A stretch of 63,994 nt of DNA, the filler included, from an uncultured bacterium (lineage in GTDB: Bacteria; Hinthialibacterota; Hinthialibacteria; Hinthialibacterales; Hinthialibacteraceae): assembly GCA_964449065.1 (NCBI GenBank). It is 6 parts of 6 records of this genome, joined end to end, with 100 filler letters (N's around TTAATTAATTAA, not from the genome) between each part and the next. Parts side by side here need not be neighbours in the genome. Positions count along the whole stretch, not along the records: positions 1 to 11,303 come from CAYVAZ010000163.1; positions 11,404 to 22,608 come from CAYVAZ010000164.1; 4 more parts are not named here. One strand, written 5' to 3'. Position numbers and translations under genes: made by a program. Shown in pieces: positions 10,662-19,632 of the stretch; positions within the stretch are counted from its first letter, which is position 1; every line of letters begins with the position of its first letter. The notes below the pieces were generated by a model. It was not told the DNA's origin, did no database searches, and was given only the letters and a program-made list of their open reading frames with translations.

Positions 10662-11268
10662 TTACCGAATACTTCTTACCAATTCAAACGCTTCTGCATA
10701 TTCGCAACCGATATAACGCCCTCTCGACTGTGCAATCGAGCGTAATAATTCCGGAGCGCGCGGGTGTGGTGCTTTGCGAGATTCACTTTCGTAAGCTTCC
10801 ATTGCCGATACTTTTTTATCAATGGTAGATGTAATATCGAAAAAAGTAGTCGGTTGAAAAGATGAACCGAATTGGTTCATGGCCCATTCAGTTGATGATG
10901 GAATTTCAAAGGTAAAAATATCTTGAATTTGATAGTCATGTACAGGCCGAACAGCGGTCATAACTGCGCGATGCAAAATAGCATGATCAATGTTGAGGTC
11001 ACCGGGATAGTGAGTGAAGATGATATCCGGTTTGATTTTATATATCAGGGATTCAACTTCTTTGATGANNNNNNNNNNTTTGCGCATGAGATTTTAAGTT
11101 CGAAAGTAGCGTGTTATCGGCTTTTTCACGTGTGAGATAGCGGGAAGTTATTCCTTCACCAAAAATAGAATAATAAACGGAATGGCCTTCGTTTGCAAGC
11201 CGTGCTGTTGTCCCACCACATCCTAAGATTTCATCATCCGGATGTGCTGCAATGACTAATATATTCAT
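10662..11268 (-). CDS. PIG-L family deacetylase (LmbE-like), split by a 10-N scaffold gap
   Basis: N-terminal half AAHPDDEILGCGG and C-terminal half THYPGDLNIDH ... AEAFELVR on either side of N11069-11078. Confidence 0.85.
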
Positions 11269-11303
11269 AACATCTCTTTCATTACTGTGTATGAAATTAA
11301 ATG

Positions 11304-11403
11304 NNNNNNNNNNNNNNNNNNNNNNNNNNNNNNNNNNNNNNNNNNNNTTAATTAATTAANNNNNNNNNNNNNNNNNNNNNNNNNNNNNNNNNNNNNNNNN
11401 NNN
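11304..11403. other. Artificial contig linker 1
   Basis: N-run / TTAATTAATTAA (stops in all six frames) / N-run, 100 nt. Confidence 0.97.
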
Positions 11404-11471
11404 ATCCCCCCCTACCCCCCCTTAATAAGGGGGGATAAAAACGACAGTCTCTTCGTTGCGTAACATGAGTT
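11404..11471 (+). repeat. Right part of mini-element (hairpin plus GTAACATGAGT end)
   Basis: CCCCCCTTAATAAGGGGGG...CTTCGTTGCGTAACATGAGTT, homologous to 2910-2987. Confidence 0.75.
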
Positions 11472-11536
11472 AGCAAGTCTTTATTCAACCGTGTAAGCCT
11501 ATAGAGTTTCACCAAATTTTCACTGTGGGAGTTGGG

Positions 11537-13633
11537 ATGATGAAACATTATTTTTTTGTACTGATTGCAGCAGGTTTGTTGTATGGATGTACATCACATG
11601 AATCTACCATCACTGAACAAGCAAATAAGCCGCAAGAGGTTGATCAAACTACTCAAGAGGCCCAAGCAACACAAGCGCCAGAACGGCAAGAGGTTGAGGT
11701 ATCGGCAGAGATTTCTGAGTCGAATCAGGGAAAAGTTGGCGATCGGGAACCAACTATCAGCGGGACTTTGGGCGCTGTAGAACAAAACCAACCGCCGGGA
11801 GTGGTCTCGCAGGTTCAGGATGATGATGGAGATGGTCTTGTCGATGATGCTCAGAATCCTTCCGGTCAATCCAATGCCGCGATGGGCGGCTATGGAATGG
11901 GTATGTCTGCCGAACCGCGACACCAACCTCAAGTGCAATATGATTCCAGATCAAACAGACGTGCTGAAATCAGTACGAATTTTACTGACGCAAGATCATC
12001 AAACAGAACAAATCGCAGACAATTTCCTACCACACCGGTTTTATCTGCCGATTTGTCGGCCGCTCCAGCAAGAGAGAAACAGGGTTCAGAACAGCTTTCC
12101 AGCCTGGGGTATGCCGCGGACGGTTTTGGCGCTTCTTATCAATCAGCGGATATGAGTTTGGTTCAGCGAGCGCATCCGGGGAATGAGGAATATCAAGAAA
12201 TTGAGGAAAATCCATTTACGTTTGTTCAAGAGCATCCGTTATCGACGTTTTCGATTGATGTGGATACTGCGTCATACAGCAACGTCCGGCGTTTTGTGAT
12301 GGAAAATCAATTGCCGCCGGAACACTCGGTGCGGATAGAAGAGTTGATCAACTATTTCACGTATGATTATCCGCAACCGGAAACCAACCATCCGTTTGCG
12401 GTTTATACCGAAGTCGGCCAGTCTCCATGGAACGCGGAGAACAAGTTGGTGCAGGTAGGCTTGCAGGGAAAATTAATTCCAACGGAAGAATTGCCGAACA
12501 GCAATATGGTGTTTTTGCTGGATGTATCGGGCTCGATGAAATCCGCGAATAAGCTGCCGTTGGTGAAATCCGCGTTCAAATTGCTGGTGCATGAGTTGCG
12601 GCCGAATGACCGGGTGGCGATTGTGACGTATGCCGGTTCCGCGGGACTCGCGCTGCCATCGACAGCGGGAAATCAGAAGCAGAAAATTTTGGAGGCGATT
12701 AATCGTTTGGAAGCGGGCGGTTCAACCGCGGGTGGGGAAGGCATTCAACTGGCGTACAGAATCGCGAAAGAGAATTTTGTTCGTGGCGGCAACAACCGGG
12801 TAATCTTGGCGACCGATGGTGATTTTAATGTGGGGATATCGGATACATCGGAACTGGTTCGTCTAATAGAAGAAAAGCGCAAGAGCGGCATCTTTTTATC
12901 GATAGCCGGGTTTGGTACCGGGAATTTAAAAGATGAGAAGATGGAGAGTTTGGCCGATAAAGGCAACGGCAATTATTCTTACATCGATAACCTGCTGGAA
13001 GCAAAGAAGGTGTTTGTGAACGAGATGGGCGGGACGTTTTTTACCATCGCGAAGGATGTGAAGATTCAGGTGGAGTTCAACCCCGCCCATGTGAAGGCGT
13101 ACCGCTTGATTGGATATGAGAACCGGATGCTGCAAGCCCGTGATTTTAATGATGACACCAAAGACGCGGGTGAGATCGGGGCCGGGCATTCTGTTACCGC
13201 GCTTTATGAAGTTGTAACAACCGGATCAGATTATCTGCTGCCGGATGTGGATGAATTGAAATACCAAGAATCCAAACCAATCGAACCAACCATTGCGAAC
13301 AACAAATATCCGAATGAATTGATGACGGTTAAGCTGCGCTATAAAAAGCCGGATGAAGATACCAGCCGGTTGCTGAGTGTGGTTGTGGATAAAGAGAACG
13401 CGGAAGAGGTGAGTGACAATATGAAGTTTTCCACCGCGGTGGCGGAGTTTGGATTGCTGCTGCGAAACTCAAGCCATAAAGGGGATGCCCACATCGAACG
13501 GGTAATTGCTAAAGCGAAAGAGGCGAAGGGGGAAGATGACGAGGGATACCGGGCGGAGTTTATCCGGTTGGCCGAGATGACAGAGTTGCTGTTGGATAGC
13601 CACGTGATATCGAGAAAAGATGTAATGGATTAA
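11537..13633 (+). CDS. vWA domain lipoprotein, YfbK-like (vWF_A + vWA + DUF3520)
   Basis: Lipobox LLYGC; STFSIDVDTASYS, DVSGSM MIDAS, LATDGDFNVG and YRLIGYENR motifs. Confidence 0.92.
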   Translation: MMKHYFFVLIAAGLLYGCTSHESTITEQANKPQEVDQTTQEAQATQAPERQEVEVSAEISESNQGKVGDREPTISGTLGAVEQNQPPGVVSQVQDDDGDGLVDDAQNPSGQSNAAMGGYGMGMSAEPRHQPQVQYDSRSNRRAEISTNFTDARSSNRTNRRQFPTTPVLSADLSAAPAREKQGSEQLSSLGYAADGFGASYQSADMSLVQRAHPGNEEYQEIEENPFTFVQEHPLSTFSIDVDTASYSNVRRFVMENQLPPEHSVRIEELINYFTYDYPQPETNHPFAVYTEVGQSPWNAENKLVQVGLQGKLIPTEELPNSNMVFLLDVSGSMKSANKLPLVKSAFKLLVHELRPNDRVAIVTYAGSAGLALPSTAGNQKQKILEAINRLEAGGSTAGGEGIQLAYRIAKENFVRGGNNRVILATDGDFNVGISDTSELVRLIEEKRKSGIFLSIAGFGTGNLKDEKMESLADKGNGNYSYIDNLLEAKKVFVNEMGGTFFTIAKDVKIQVEFNPAHVKAYRLIGYENRMLQARDFNDDTKDAGEIGAGHSVTALYEVVTTGSDYLLPDVDELKYQESKPIEPTIANNKYPNELMTVKLRYKKPDEDTSRLLSVVVDKENAEEVSDNMKFSTAVAEFGLLLRNSSHKGDAHIERVIAKAKEAKGEDDEGYRAEFIRLAEMTELLLDSHVISRKDVMD

Positions 13634-13679
13634 TGCTGTTATATGGCAGCCAATCATTTGATGCTACAATGTCTGTATT

Positions 13680-13925
13680 ATGAAAACAACAATCAATATT
13701 GACGACGATGTATTGGATCAAGCGAGAGCGGTTGCATCCAAGCTGGATGTACCGTTTCGCCGTGTTGTAAATGACGCCTTGCGTGCCGGTTTGCAAAAGG
13801 TCGAAATCAGCCAAGAGAGAAAAGCATATAAAGCGCCAACATTCAACATGGGATTAAAAGAAGGAATCAATTTAGATAACATTCAAGAAGTCATAGCCCG
13901 TTATGAAGGTGAAGATTATCGATGA
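13680..13925 (+). CDS. VapB/CopG-like antitoxin (orphan)
   Basis: MKTTINIDDDVL...VVNDALRAGL ribbon-helix-helix pattern; no intact toxin follows. Confidence 0.78.
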   Translation: MKTTINIDDDVLDQARAVASKLDVPFRRVVNDALRAGLQKVEISQERKAYKAPTFNMGLKEGINLDNIQEVIARYEGEDYR

Positions 13926-13961
13926 TTTCTGATTAAGTCAACAGATAACTTTACACTTTCA

Positions 13962-14372
13962 TCAAGGTATGCAATCAAGTACTGAGCCGTTCATCAGTCT
14001 ATAAATGTAAAAGTCGCTGTCTAAAGTATAAATTGTTTTCAACGATAAACTTTCAGCGATAGCAATGAGAGATGCATCCGCTAAGTCCATCGGTCTATCC
14101 CGGTATTGGTTCATCAGCATAGACATTCTTTCTATTTCGCTACCGGAAAGATTGTGTAAAACCAAACGTCCGCCAGCTCTCCACCTCCAAAGTTCCGCCT
14201 GTGCCGGGTATCCACCTGCTTGAAATAAGAGAAACATCGCTTCCGTAAAACATGGCCATGTTGTTAGTAACGCATCCTTTGATAATTGCTTACTTGTGTT
14301 AAGACACCTAACATGATTTCCATCATTCTTATTGATTAAAGCAACCAAAGGGCCGGTATCCGTTAGAATCAC
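13962..14372 (-). CDS. vapC: PIN-domain toxin (VapC family)
   Basis: ILTDTGPLVAL...TEA...MDLADASL...TLDSDF; GTG start overlaps the antitoxin stop (GTGA). Confidence 0.88.
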   Translation of the reverse strand: MILTDTGPLVALINKNDGNHVRCLNTSKQLSKDALLTTWPCFTEAMFLLFQAGGYPAQAELWRWRAGGRLVLHNLSGSEIERMSMLMNQYRDRPMDLADASLIAIAESLSLKTIYTLDSDFYIYRLMNGSVLDCIP

Positions 14373-14647
14373 AAGTGTTTTTCCTGCTTTTTGTCTAAAA
14401 GATGTTGAGTAAAACGACTTCCGCAATCTTCAGAATAATTTTCTGCTACACCATCGATTGTACCTGCATAACCGGAGAGAAAGTCAAACAAGGTCTCATT
14501 ATTATTGTCTACTTCACCCTTTCTCGATGTAGAGAAAAATGTCCGTAGGCAATCTACAGCGTACATTTCAGGGGTCATCCCTTTTTTGCTGGCTTCCTCA
14601 ATTAGAGTTTGTTCAATTTCTGGAGGAAATGTAATCGTTATCATCAT
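14369..14647 (-). CDS. Putative antitoxin
   Basis: Small ITITFPPEIEQTL protein translationally coupled to the PIN gene. Confidence 0.75.
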   Translation of the reverse strand: MMITITFPPEIEQTLIEEASKKGMTPEMYAVDCLRTFFSTSRKGEVDNNNETLFDFLSGYAGTIDGVAENYSEDCGSRFTQHLLDKKQEKHL

Positions 14648-14717
14648 TATGAAAGTTAATCAACAGTTTTTCATACAGAATACTATCAATGAATTATCAC
14701 GCAAGACAATTTCTGAT

Positions 14718-14800
14718 ATTATGTGACAATGTTTTTGTCATTCAAATTCTCAACCGGTACAGCATCTTTGCCGTGTTCCCACATAACGGAAATAATCCAC
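14718..14800 (-). pseudogene. Duplicated 3' remnant of the small gene at 15545-15820
   Basis: Translates WIISVMWEHGKDAVPVENLNDKNIVT* versus WFFSMMWEHGKDAEPVEFLDTQNIV. Confidence 0.8.
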
Positions 14801-15088
14801 CTATGTTGCATTCAAAAAAGCTTCAGGATGCTGCTCTGCAATGCGGAGCAAGGAACGGGCAGCCCCACTGGGTTTGCGCCTTCCTTGTTCCCATTCTTGT
14901 ACCGTACGCACACTTACGCCCATTAACCCGGCAAAATCCGTTTGGGTTAAATTCAATTTTTGACGAATTTCCAATGGCGTTGTAAGTTCTTTTACGACAA
15001 GGGTTTTCAGTTTGGTTTTTCCTGCTTTATATGACTTTATTTCCTGAATTCCTTCCAATATTTCTAACCCGATATTTCGTTCAGTCAT
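14801..15088 (-). CDS. HigA-like HTH-XRE antitoxin
   Basis: LTQTDFAGLMGVSVRTVQEWEQGRRKPSGAARSLL. Confidence 0.9.
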   Translation of the reverse strand: MTERNIGLEILEGIQEIKSYKAGKTKLKTLVVKELTTPLEIRQKLNLTQTDFAGLMGVSVRTVQEWEQGRRKPSGAARSLLRIAEQHPEAFLNAT

Positions 15089-15392
15089 TTTCAATTTCCT
15101 CTTTAATTTTTCTTAAAACATGTCCCGGAATCGATGCTTTTTCACTTTTGTTATAAAGCGTCAACAATCAAATTTCCGCATCACTGTTTTTGAAATAATA
15201 TATGACTCGAACTCCACCGCTTTTTCCTTTATTTGAAACTCCCCACCGTAATTTTCTAACTCCACCTGAATTTCGGATAATATTTCCCGATTCGGGATTT
15301 CGTAACAAAAATATTTGTAGATTCTGATATTCCAATCTATTCAAGAGTTTTTCTACTTGTTTTGTAAACGTAGAAGTTTCTATGAATATCTT
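15081..15392 (-). pseudogene. RelE/HigB-type toxin pseudogene
   Basis: Manual translation KIFIETSTF...GGVRKLRW...GKSGGVRVIYY...EI*LLTLYNKSEK; in-frame TGA at 15168-15170 and AAG where ATG is expected; not in the ORF track. Confidence 0.85.
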
Positions 15393-15491
15393 GCTATTAT
15401 TATACGTTTATGACATACCTTAACAAGAAGATTTATTGATATTTATTCCATCGAATTCATAATCTTTTTAAAAAGAAGTTCCTTATACATT

Positions 15492-15530
15492 CATAACCGG
15501 CTGCGCAGACAGGCGTGAGTTCCGTTATGA
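15492..15530 (-). repeat. Degenerate duplicate of the 3' end of the 15940 oxidoreductase gene
   Basis: TAACCGGCTGCGCAGACAGGCGT versus CAACCGGCTGCGCAGCCAGGCGT at about 15943-15965. Confidence 0.7.
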
Positions 15531-15544
15531 CGTAAATAGAAAAC

Positions 15545-15820
15545 TCATTCAGCATTCGTGGTTTCGGGAACGATGTTCTGTGTATCCAAAAATTCGACCG
15601 GTTCGGCATCTTTGCCGTGTTCCCACATCATAGAAAAAAACCACACCCCGCTTTCACCTATGCAAAAATCCGCTGGAGTAAATGTCATCTTTGAATCGAT
15701 GGGTGGTTGCGGGCGTTCAGGATTGTATTCAGCTTGCCAGCCGAATGCTTCGCCTTTCCAGGCTATTCCTTTTTGGTGAAGTTGAGCAGCGAAATTTTTT
15801 ACTTCATCCAAGTCCACAAT
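15545..15820 (-). CDS. Small Trp-rich hypothetical protein
   Basis: Protein-like ORF (DLDEVKNFA...WKGEAFGWQAEY...FCIGESGVWFFSMMWE); GGGAG RBS near 15830; start approximate. Confidence 0.65.
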   Translation of the reverse strand: MVDLDEVKNFAAQLHQKGIAWKGEAFGWQAEYNPERPQPPIDSKMTFTPADFCIGESGVWFFSMMWEHGKDAEPVEFLDTQNIVPETTNAE

Positions 15821-15857
15821 GGATAGATCTCCCAATGATATGAATCTAACAAAACAA

Positions 15858-15926
15858 ACCAGCTGGAAGCCGATGCTCCCCAAAACAAGAGTACGATGAG
15901 GGCAGCCACAGGGGGCTGCCCCTACA
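15858..15926. repeat. Two REP hairpins (GGCTTCCAGC family and GTAG family)
   Basis: ACCAGCTGGAAGCCGATGCTCCC and GAGGGCAGCCACAGGGGGCTGCCCCTAC; relatives at 19904, 20098, 42541 and 49625. Confidence 0.7.
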
Positions 15927-15939
15927 AATTAAATACTTA

Positions 15940-17202
15940 TTACAACCGGCTGCGCAGCCAGGCGTCGGATGGGTTCATGCGGCGGATTTCGAGAATTTCT
16001 TCACGGCCGGCATCCCAGTCAATGCGTTGGCCAGTGCGGTATGAGATGTTGCCCAAATGCGCCGCGTTAATCACTTGATGGCCGGTCTCAACCGGGGAGT
16101 TGGGTTCTTTGCGGCTTTTGACGCAATCGAGGAAGTTGGCGACGTGGTCTCCGCCTTCGTAGGGACGTTCCCAGGTTTCAACGGGTTCGGTTTCACCTTG
16201 AGGAATCACGCGGAAGCCTTTGACATCATCGACATATAGTGTGGCTTCGGAGCCGTAGAAGGCCGCGCCTACGCTGTCTTGTCCGTTGATGAATTCAACC
16301 GTGAAGAGGGTAGTGAAACTGCCGTAGTTGAGGATGGAATGGACGACATCCGGAGTTTCCCAATGTTCGAAGTAGTGGTTGCCGCCATTGGCTGAGACGG
16401 ATTCCGGCCCGGCGGCATCCATGAGCCATTGGTTGACATCGAGTTGGTGGGCGCCGATGTCGGTCATGAGGCCGCCGGCGTAATCCCAATACCAGCGCCA
16501 TGCGAAATAGCGGTAGGGATCGAAGGGGCGTTTGGGGGCGTTGCCGAGGAAGCGGTCCCAATCGAGGCGGCCTTCGGTGCCGAGGTTGGCGGTGAAGGGG
16601 TCTCCGTTGGACCAGTTGCGGGTATCCCACACTTTGACCCACACGACCTTGCCCAGTTTGCCGGAACGGATCCATTCGCGGCCGCGCAGCCAGTGTTTGC
16701 CGCTGCGGCGGTGGTTGCCGACTTGAACGACGCGGTCGGTTTCGCGCACGGCGTTGACCATTTCTTGGCCTTCTTCGATGGTTCTGGAGAAGGGTTTTTC
16801 GATGTAGCAGTCTTTGCCGGCTTGGACGGTATCGATCAAGATATCATGGTGCCAATGATCGGGCGGGGCGGCGTAGACGGCATCGACATCTTTGCGTTCG
16901 AGAACTTTTTCGTATTCGTAATAGCCGTCGGCGACGTGGTCGCCGTCTTGGGATATGGCTTTGGCTTGTTCGAGTCGGCCTTCGTAGACATCGCAGACGG
17001 CGACGATTTTGGCGCCGCGTTTTTTGGCTTCGCGCAGGCCCCACTGGCCGCGGCCACCGGTACCGATACCGGCGATGCGGATGGTGTCATTGGCACCCAA
17101 AACGCTGGATGGGGATATGCTGGTGATGGCCGCGATGGAGGCACCGGCGGCGGCGGAGGTTTTGATAAAATTTCTGCGGTTGTTGTGGGTTTGGTTGGTC
17201 AT
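15940..17202 (-). CDS. Tat-exported Gfo/Idh/MocA oxidoreductase
   Basis: NRRNFIK Tat motif; IGTGGRG, PDHWH, YIEKP and WRWYWDYAGG motifs. Confidence 0.92.
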   Translation of the reverse strand: MTNQTHNNRRNFIKTSAAAGASIAAITSISPSSVLGANDTIRIAGIGTGGRGQWGLREAKKRGAKIVAVCDVYEGRLEQAKAISQDGDHVADGYYEYEKVLERKDVDAVYAAPPDHWHHDILIDTVQAGKDCYIEKPFSRTIEEGQEMVNAVRETDRVVQVGNHRRSGKHWLRGREWIRSGKLGKVVWVKVWDTRNWSNGDPFTANLGTEGRLDWDRFLGNAPKRPFDPYRYFAWRWYWDYAGGLMTDIGAHQLDVNQWLMDAAGPESVSANGGNHYFEHWETPDVVHSILNYGSFTTLFTVEFINGQDSVGAAFYGSEATLYVDDVKGFRVIPQGETEPVETWERPYEGGDHVANFLDCVKSRKEPNSPVETGHQVINAAHLGNISYRTGQRIDWDAGREEILEIRRMNPSDAWLRSRL

Positions 17203-17298
17203 CGTACTCTCCTTCAATTTGAATTCTGTGATTTTCATAAGTGCTTATTGTAAAATATTCACTTTACGTTTTGATCATACCGGAGGGTACTTCCAGCC

Positions 17299-17319
17299 CG
17301 GCGGGAGCCTCGCCCTCCC
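17299..17319 (-). repeat. REP family C (GGGAGGGCGAGGCTCCCGCCG)
   Basis: Reverse copy; others at about 19529, 26470, 42785, 44673 and 44704. Confidence 0.75.
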
Positions 17320-17488
17320 AATAGAACATTCTTGAAAATTGCATTTTTTCTCTTAGAACAGTAAACGATTTTTTGAGGGATGGCAAGGATGGGGTTTGTT
17401 TGAACTATCATGAATTACAAAAAGCCGGGACTTGATATTGGATAGATTTTCTATTGTTGAGAAAAAAAACATTTTGTTTATTTTCTTG

Positions 17489-17519
17489 TTGACATTTAAG
17501 AATTTTGATTTAGTATAAT
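17489..17519 (+). promoter_or_regulatory. Candidate sigma70 promoter
   Basis: TTGACA-N19-TATAAT in the AT-rich region upstream of 17855; the spacer is long. Confidence 0.4.
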
Positions 17520-17854
17520 CCCGCTTTATTTGATGTGTATTGTGTATATTAAAGGTATGGTTACTGTTTCAACGTTGCGTCGTCTAAGTTTTTTATAATC
17601 CAACTTAGATGAAGTGTAGGTTTCGTACGTATTATTGAATGAATCCATTCATTTTGTAAGCGTTGAGCGGGATGAAGTTATTTTTTATAATACATTAAAG
17701 TGAAATCAGTTCGTTATAAAATGGAGCGGCTTTTAAACCGCTGAATAAATCATTTTGTAACTTACTGTGTAAAATGCACTTATAGAAATTTTACTTCAAA
17801 CGATCAACCTCAAACTTTACTATTCAATATGCATAAATTTATGGAGGTAAACTC

Positions 17855-19507
17855 ATGAAAGTAAGTCTGTTTCTCAACACCACACTCTGTTTGATATGCT
17901 CTGCCGTTCTATTTTTGCAACCCCAAGCTATTATAGCGCAAACCCAAGAAACAACGGAAACGACACAAGAGACTACTGAAACGACCGAAACAGAAACTAC
18001 CGAAACGACTGAAGAGACAACCGAAACGACTGAAGAAACGACTGAAACGACTGAAAAAACTGAAAAAGAAGATAATACCAAAGAAAAAGAAACCGAACAA
18101 GATAAGAAAAAAGAGAAAGAACAAGATAAGAAAAAACAAAAATTGGTTGCAGTTGATGACTCTGTGACAGTTACGGCAGGGAAAGCCGAAGTGATTGATG
18201 TTCTTGCCAACGACAAAGGCAACGGGATTAAAGTATCTAATGTCTTTCCAGCTGCACAAGGGCAGGCGCTGTTAGACAAAACAGGCGAAATTGTATACAT
18301 TTCCAATTCAGACGCGGGTAACAGCGATTCGTTTCTCTATGAAATCATTGATATCAATGGAAAAACCGCTCAAGCGAATGTATTCATTACCATCTCAGGC
18401 GAAACAAAACTGGATTCCATCTTCAGCGCGGTAACCAACAACACGACTTTAATCGAAACGAACGCCGCATCATTGGGGACGCTTAGCAGTTCCATTGACA
18501 GTTTGGTAAACCAAACCAACACACTGAGCGCATCGATTGCACAGAACAGCGAAGCGGTTTTAAATGCCAGCGCCGAAATTTTGGCGGGGTTGAAAAGCGT
18601 TAGCGATACCATCGACACCAACCAAAATATGGTCGCCCAAACGTTAAGCAGCATCCAGCAAAACACAGAGCAAACCGCCGGTTTGATCGAAGCGAACGCC
18701 GGTTTGATTGCATCCGCCAGTGAAAGCGCCGCCGCGCAATTAAGCAGCCTGAATGCCGCTCTTCTAAATGCCGAACAATCTTTGACCGGTGCCATTCAAA
18801 GCCTGCAATCCGAATTGGCCGATACCACTGGTCTAGTCGCTGCCAACGCGGGGTTGATCGGGACTGCCAGCGATTCGCTTCATACAGAGTTGTCTCTACT
18901 GCAATCCCAGATATCAGCCAACACGGAAAAACTCTCCAGCCGGATTGATACTCTTCAAGAAACCCTTCATTTGAAATTGGAAGATGTTCTGCAATCAGTT
19001 GTCGACAGCAAAGCCGAACTTTCCGCAAAAGTGGATGGGCTGACCGGTCAATTGGATACCGTGCATAATGCCGTGTCGCTGATTGGAGGCACTGTCATCG
19101 ATATTCATTTGAAGGTGCAACAATTAGCCGAACAACAAAACCGGTTGACCGATCCTGAAATTGAGAAATGTCTGGCGAATCGGGACGCCATTGCGCTTTT
19201 GTTGCTGCCCGCCAGCCTTGACGGCCAATTGGATGATGTGACCCGCATTGTGGAAGCACGCATTATCCAATTTACCAATGCAGGATTGAGCACCGGCAAC
19301 GCGCAGCACTTTTTTGAAAACGGGTTGGAAGCATTGAATGCCGGCAATTACGGCCGAGCGTACAATCAATTCACCTTAGCCTATCAGCAACTGTTGAAGG
19401 GTCAAAACACCAGTGGCGGTGATGATGACGAAGAGGATAACGAAGAAGGTGAAGAAGAGGATGATGAAAACGAGGGTCGCGGCAATCGAGGCCGAGGACG
19501 GTCGTAA
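17855..19507 (+). CDS. Secreted protein: Thr/Glu repeat, Ig-like (Big_9-type) domain, long helical/coiled-coil region, acidic tail
   Basis: Signal peptide; (ETT)n; AVDDSVTV...IDVLANDKG...DSFLYEI Ig pattern; heptad-like region; GGAGG RBS. Confidence 0.75.
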   Translation: MKVSLFLNTTLCLICSAVLFLQPQAIIAQTQETTETTQETTETTETETTETTEETTETTEETTETTEKTEKEDNTKEKETEQDKKKEKEQDKKKQKLVAVDDSVTVTAGKAEVIDVLANDKGNGIKVSNVFPAAQGQALLDKTGEIVYISNSDAGNSDSFLYEIIDINGKTAQANVFITISGETKLDSIFSAVTNNTTLIETNAASLGTLSSSIDSLVNQTNTLSASIAQNSEAVLNASAEILAGLKSVSDTIDTNQNMVAQTLSSIQQNTEQTAGLIEANAGLIASASESAAAQLSSLNAALLNAEQSLTGAIQSLQSELADTTGLVAANAGLIGTASDSLHTELSLLQSQISANTEKLSSRIDTLQETLHLKLEDVLQSVVDSKAELSAKVDGLTGQLDTVHNAVSLIGGTVIDIHLKVQQLAEQQNRLTDPEIEKCLANRDAIALLLLPASLDGQLDDVTRIVEARIIQFTNAGLSTGNAQHFFENGLEALNAGNYGRAYNQFTLAYQQLLKGQNTSGGDDDEEDNEEGEEEDDENEGRGNRGRGRS

Positions 19508-19632
19508 ATGTTGCAGTGCTTTCGGCACAGCGGGAGCTTCGCCTTCCGTGAAATGAAATACAAAATGTTATTGCCGAAATATTTTCAAAGTTATTAAACC
19601 AAGTTGCAGTGAAGATATTTTTTAAATTGTCT

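Noticed and set aside
11053..11087. Apparent frameshift in the PIG-L gene
   Set aside because: Caused by a 10-N placeholder gap of unknown true length
11348..11359. TTAATTAATTAA palindrome recurring about every 11 kb
   Set aside because: Synthetic six-frame-stop linker embedded in N runs, not biological periodicity
15168..15170. In-frame TGA as evidence of recoding (TGA=Trp)
   Set aside because: TGA ends many intact genes here, Trp is encoded by TGG elsewhere, and the same frame also lacks its start codon
16429..17253. Long antisense ORFs (274 aa here; also 31047-31901, 40995-41678, 50245-50865)
   Set aside because: Shadow frames of well-supported genes on the opposite strand
17950..18135. 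GAAACGACT-type short tandem repeats
   Set aside because: Coding ETT/KE low-complexity region of the 17855 protein
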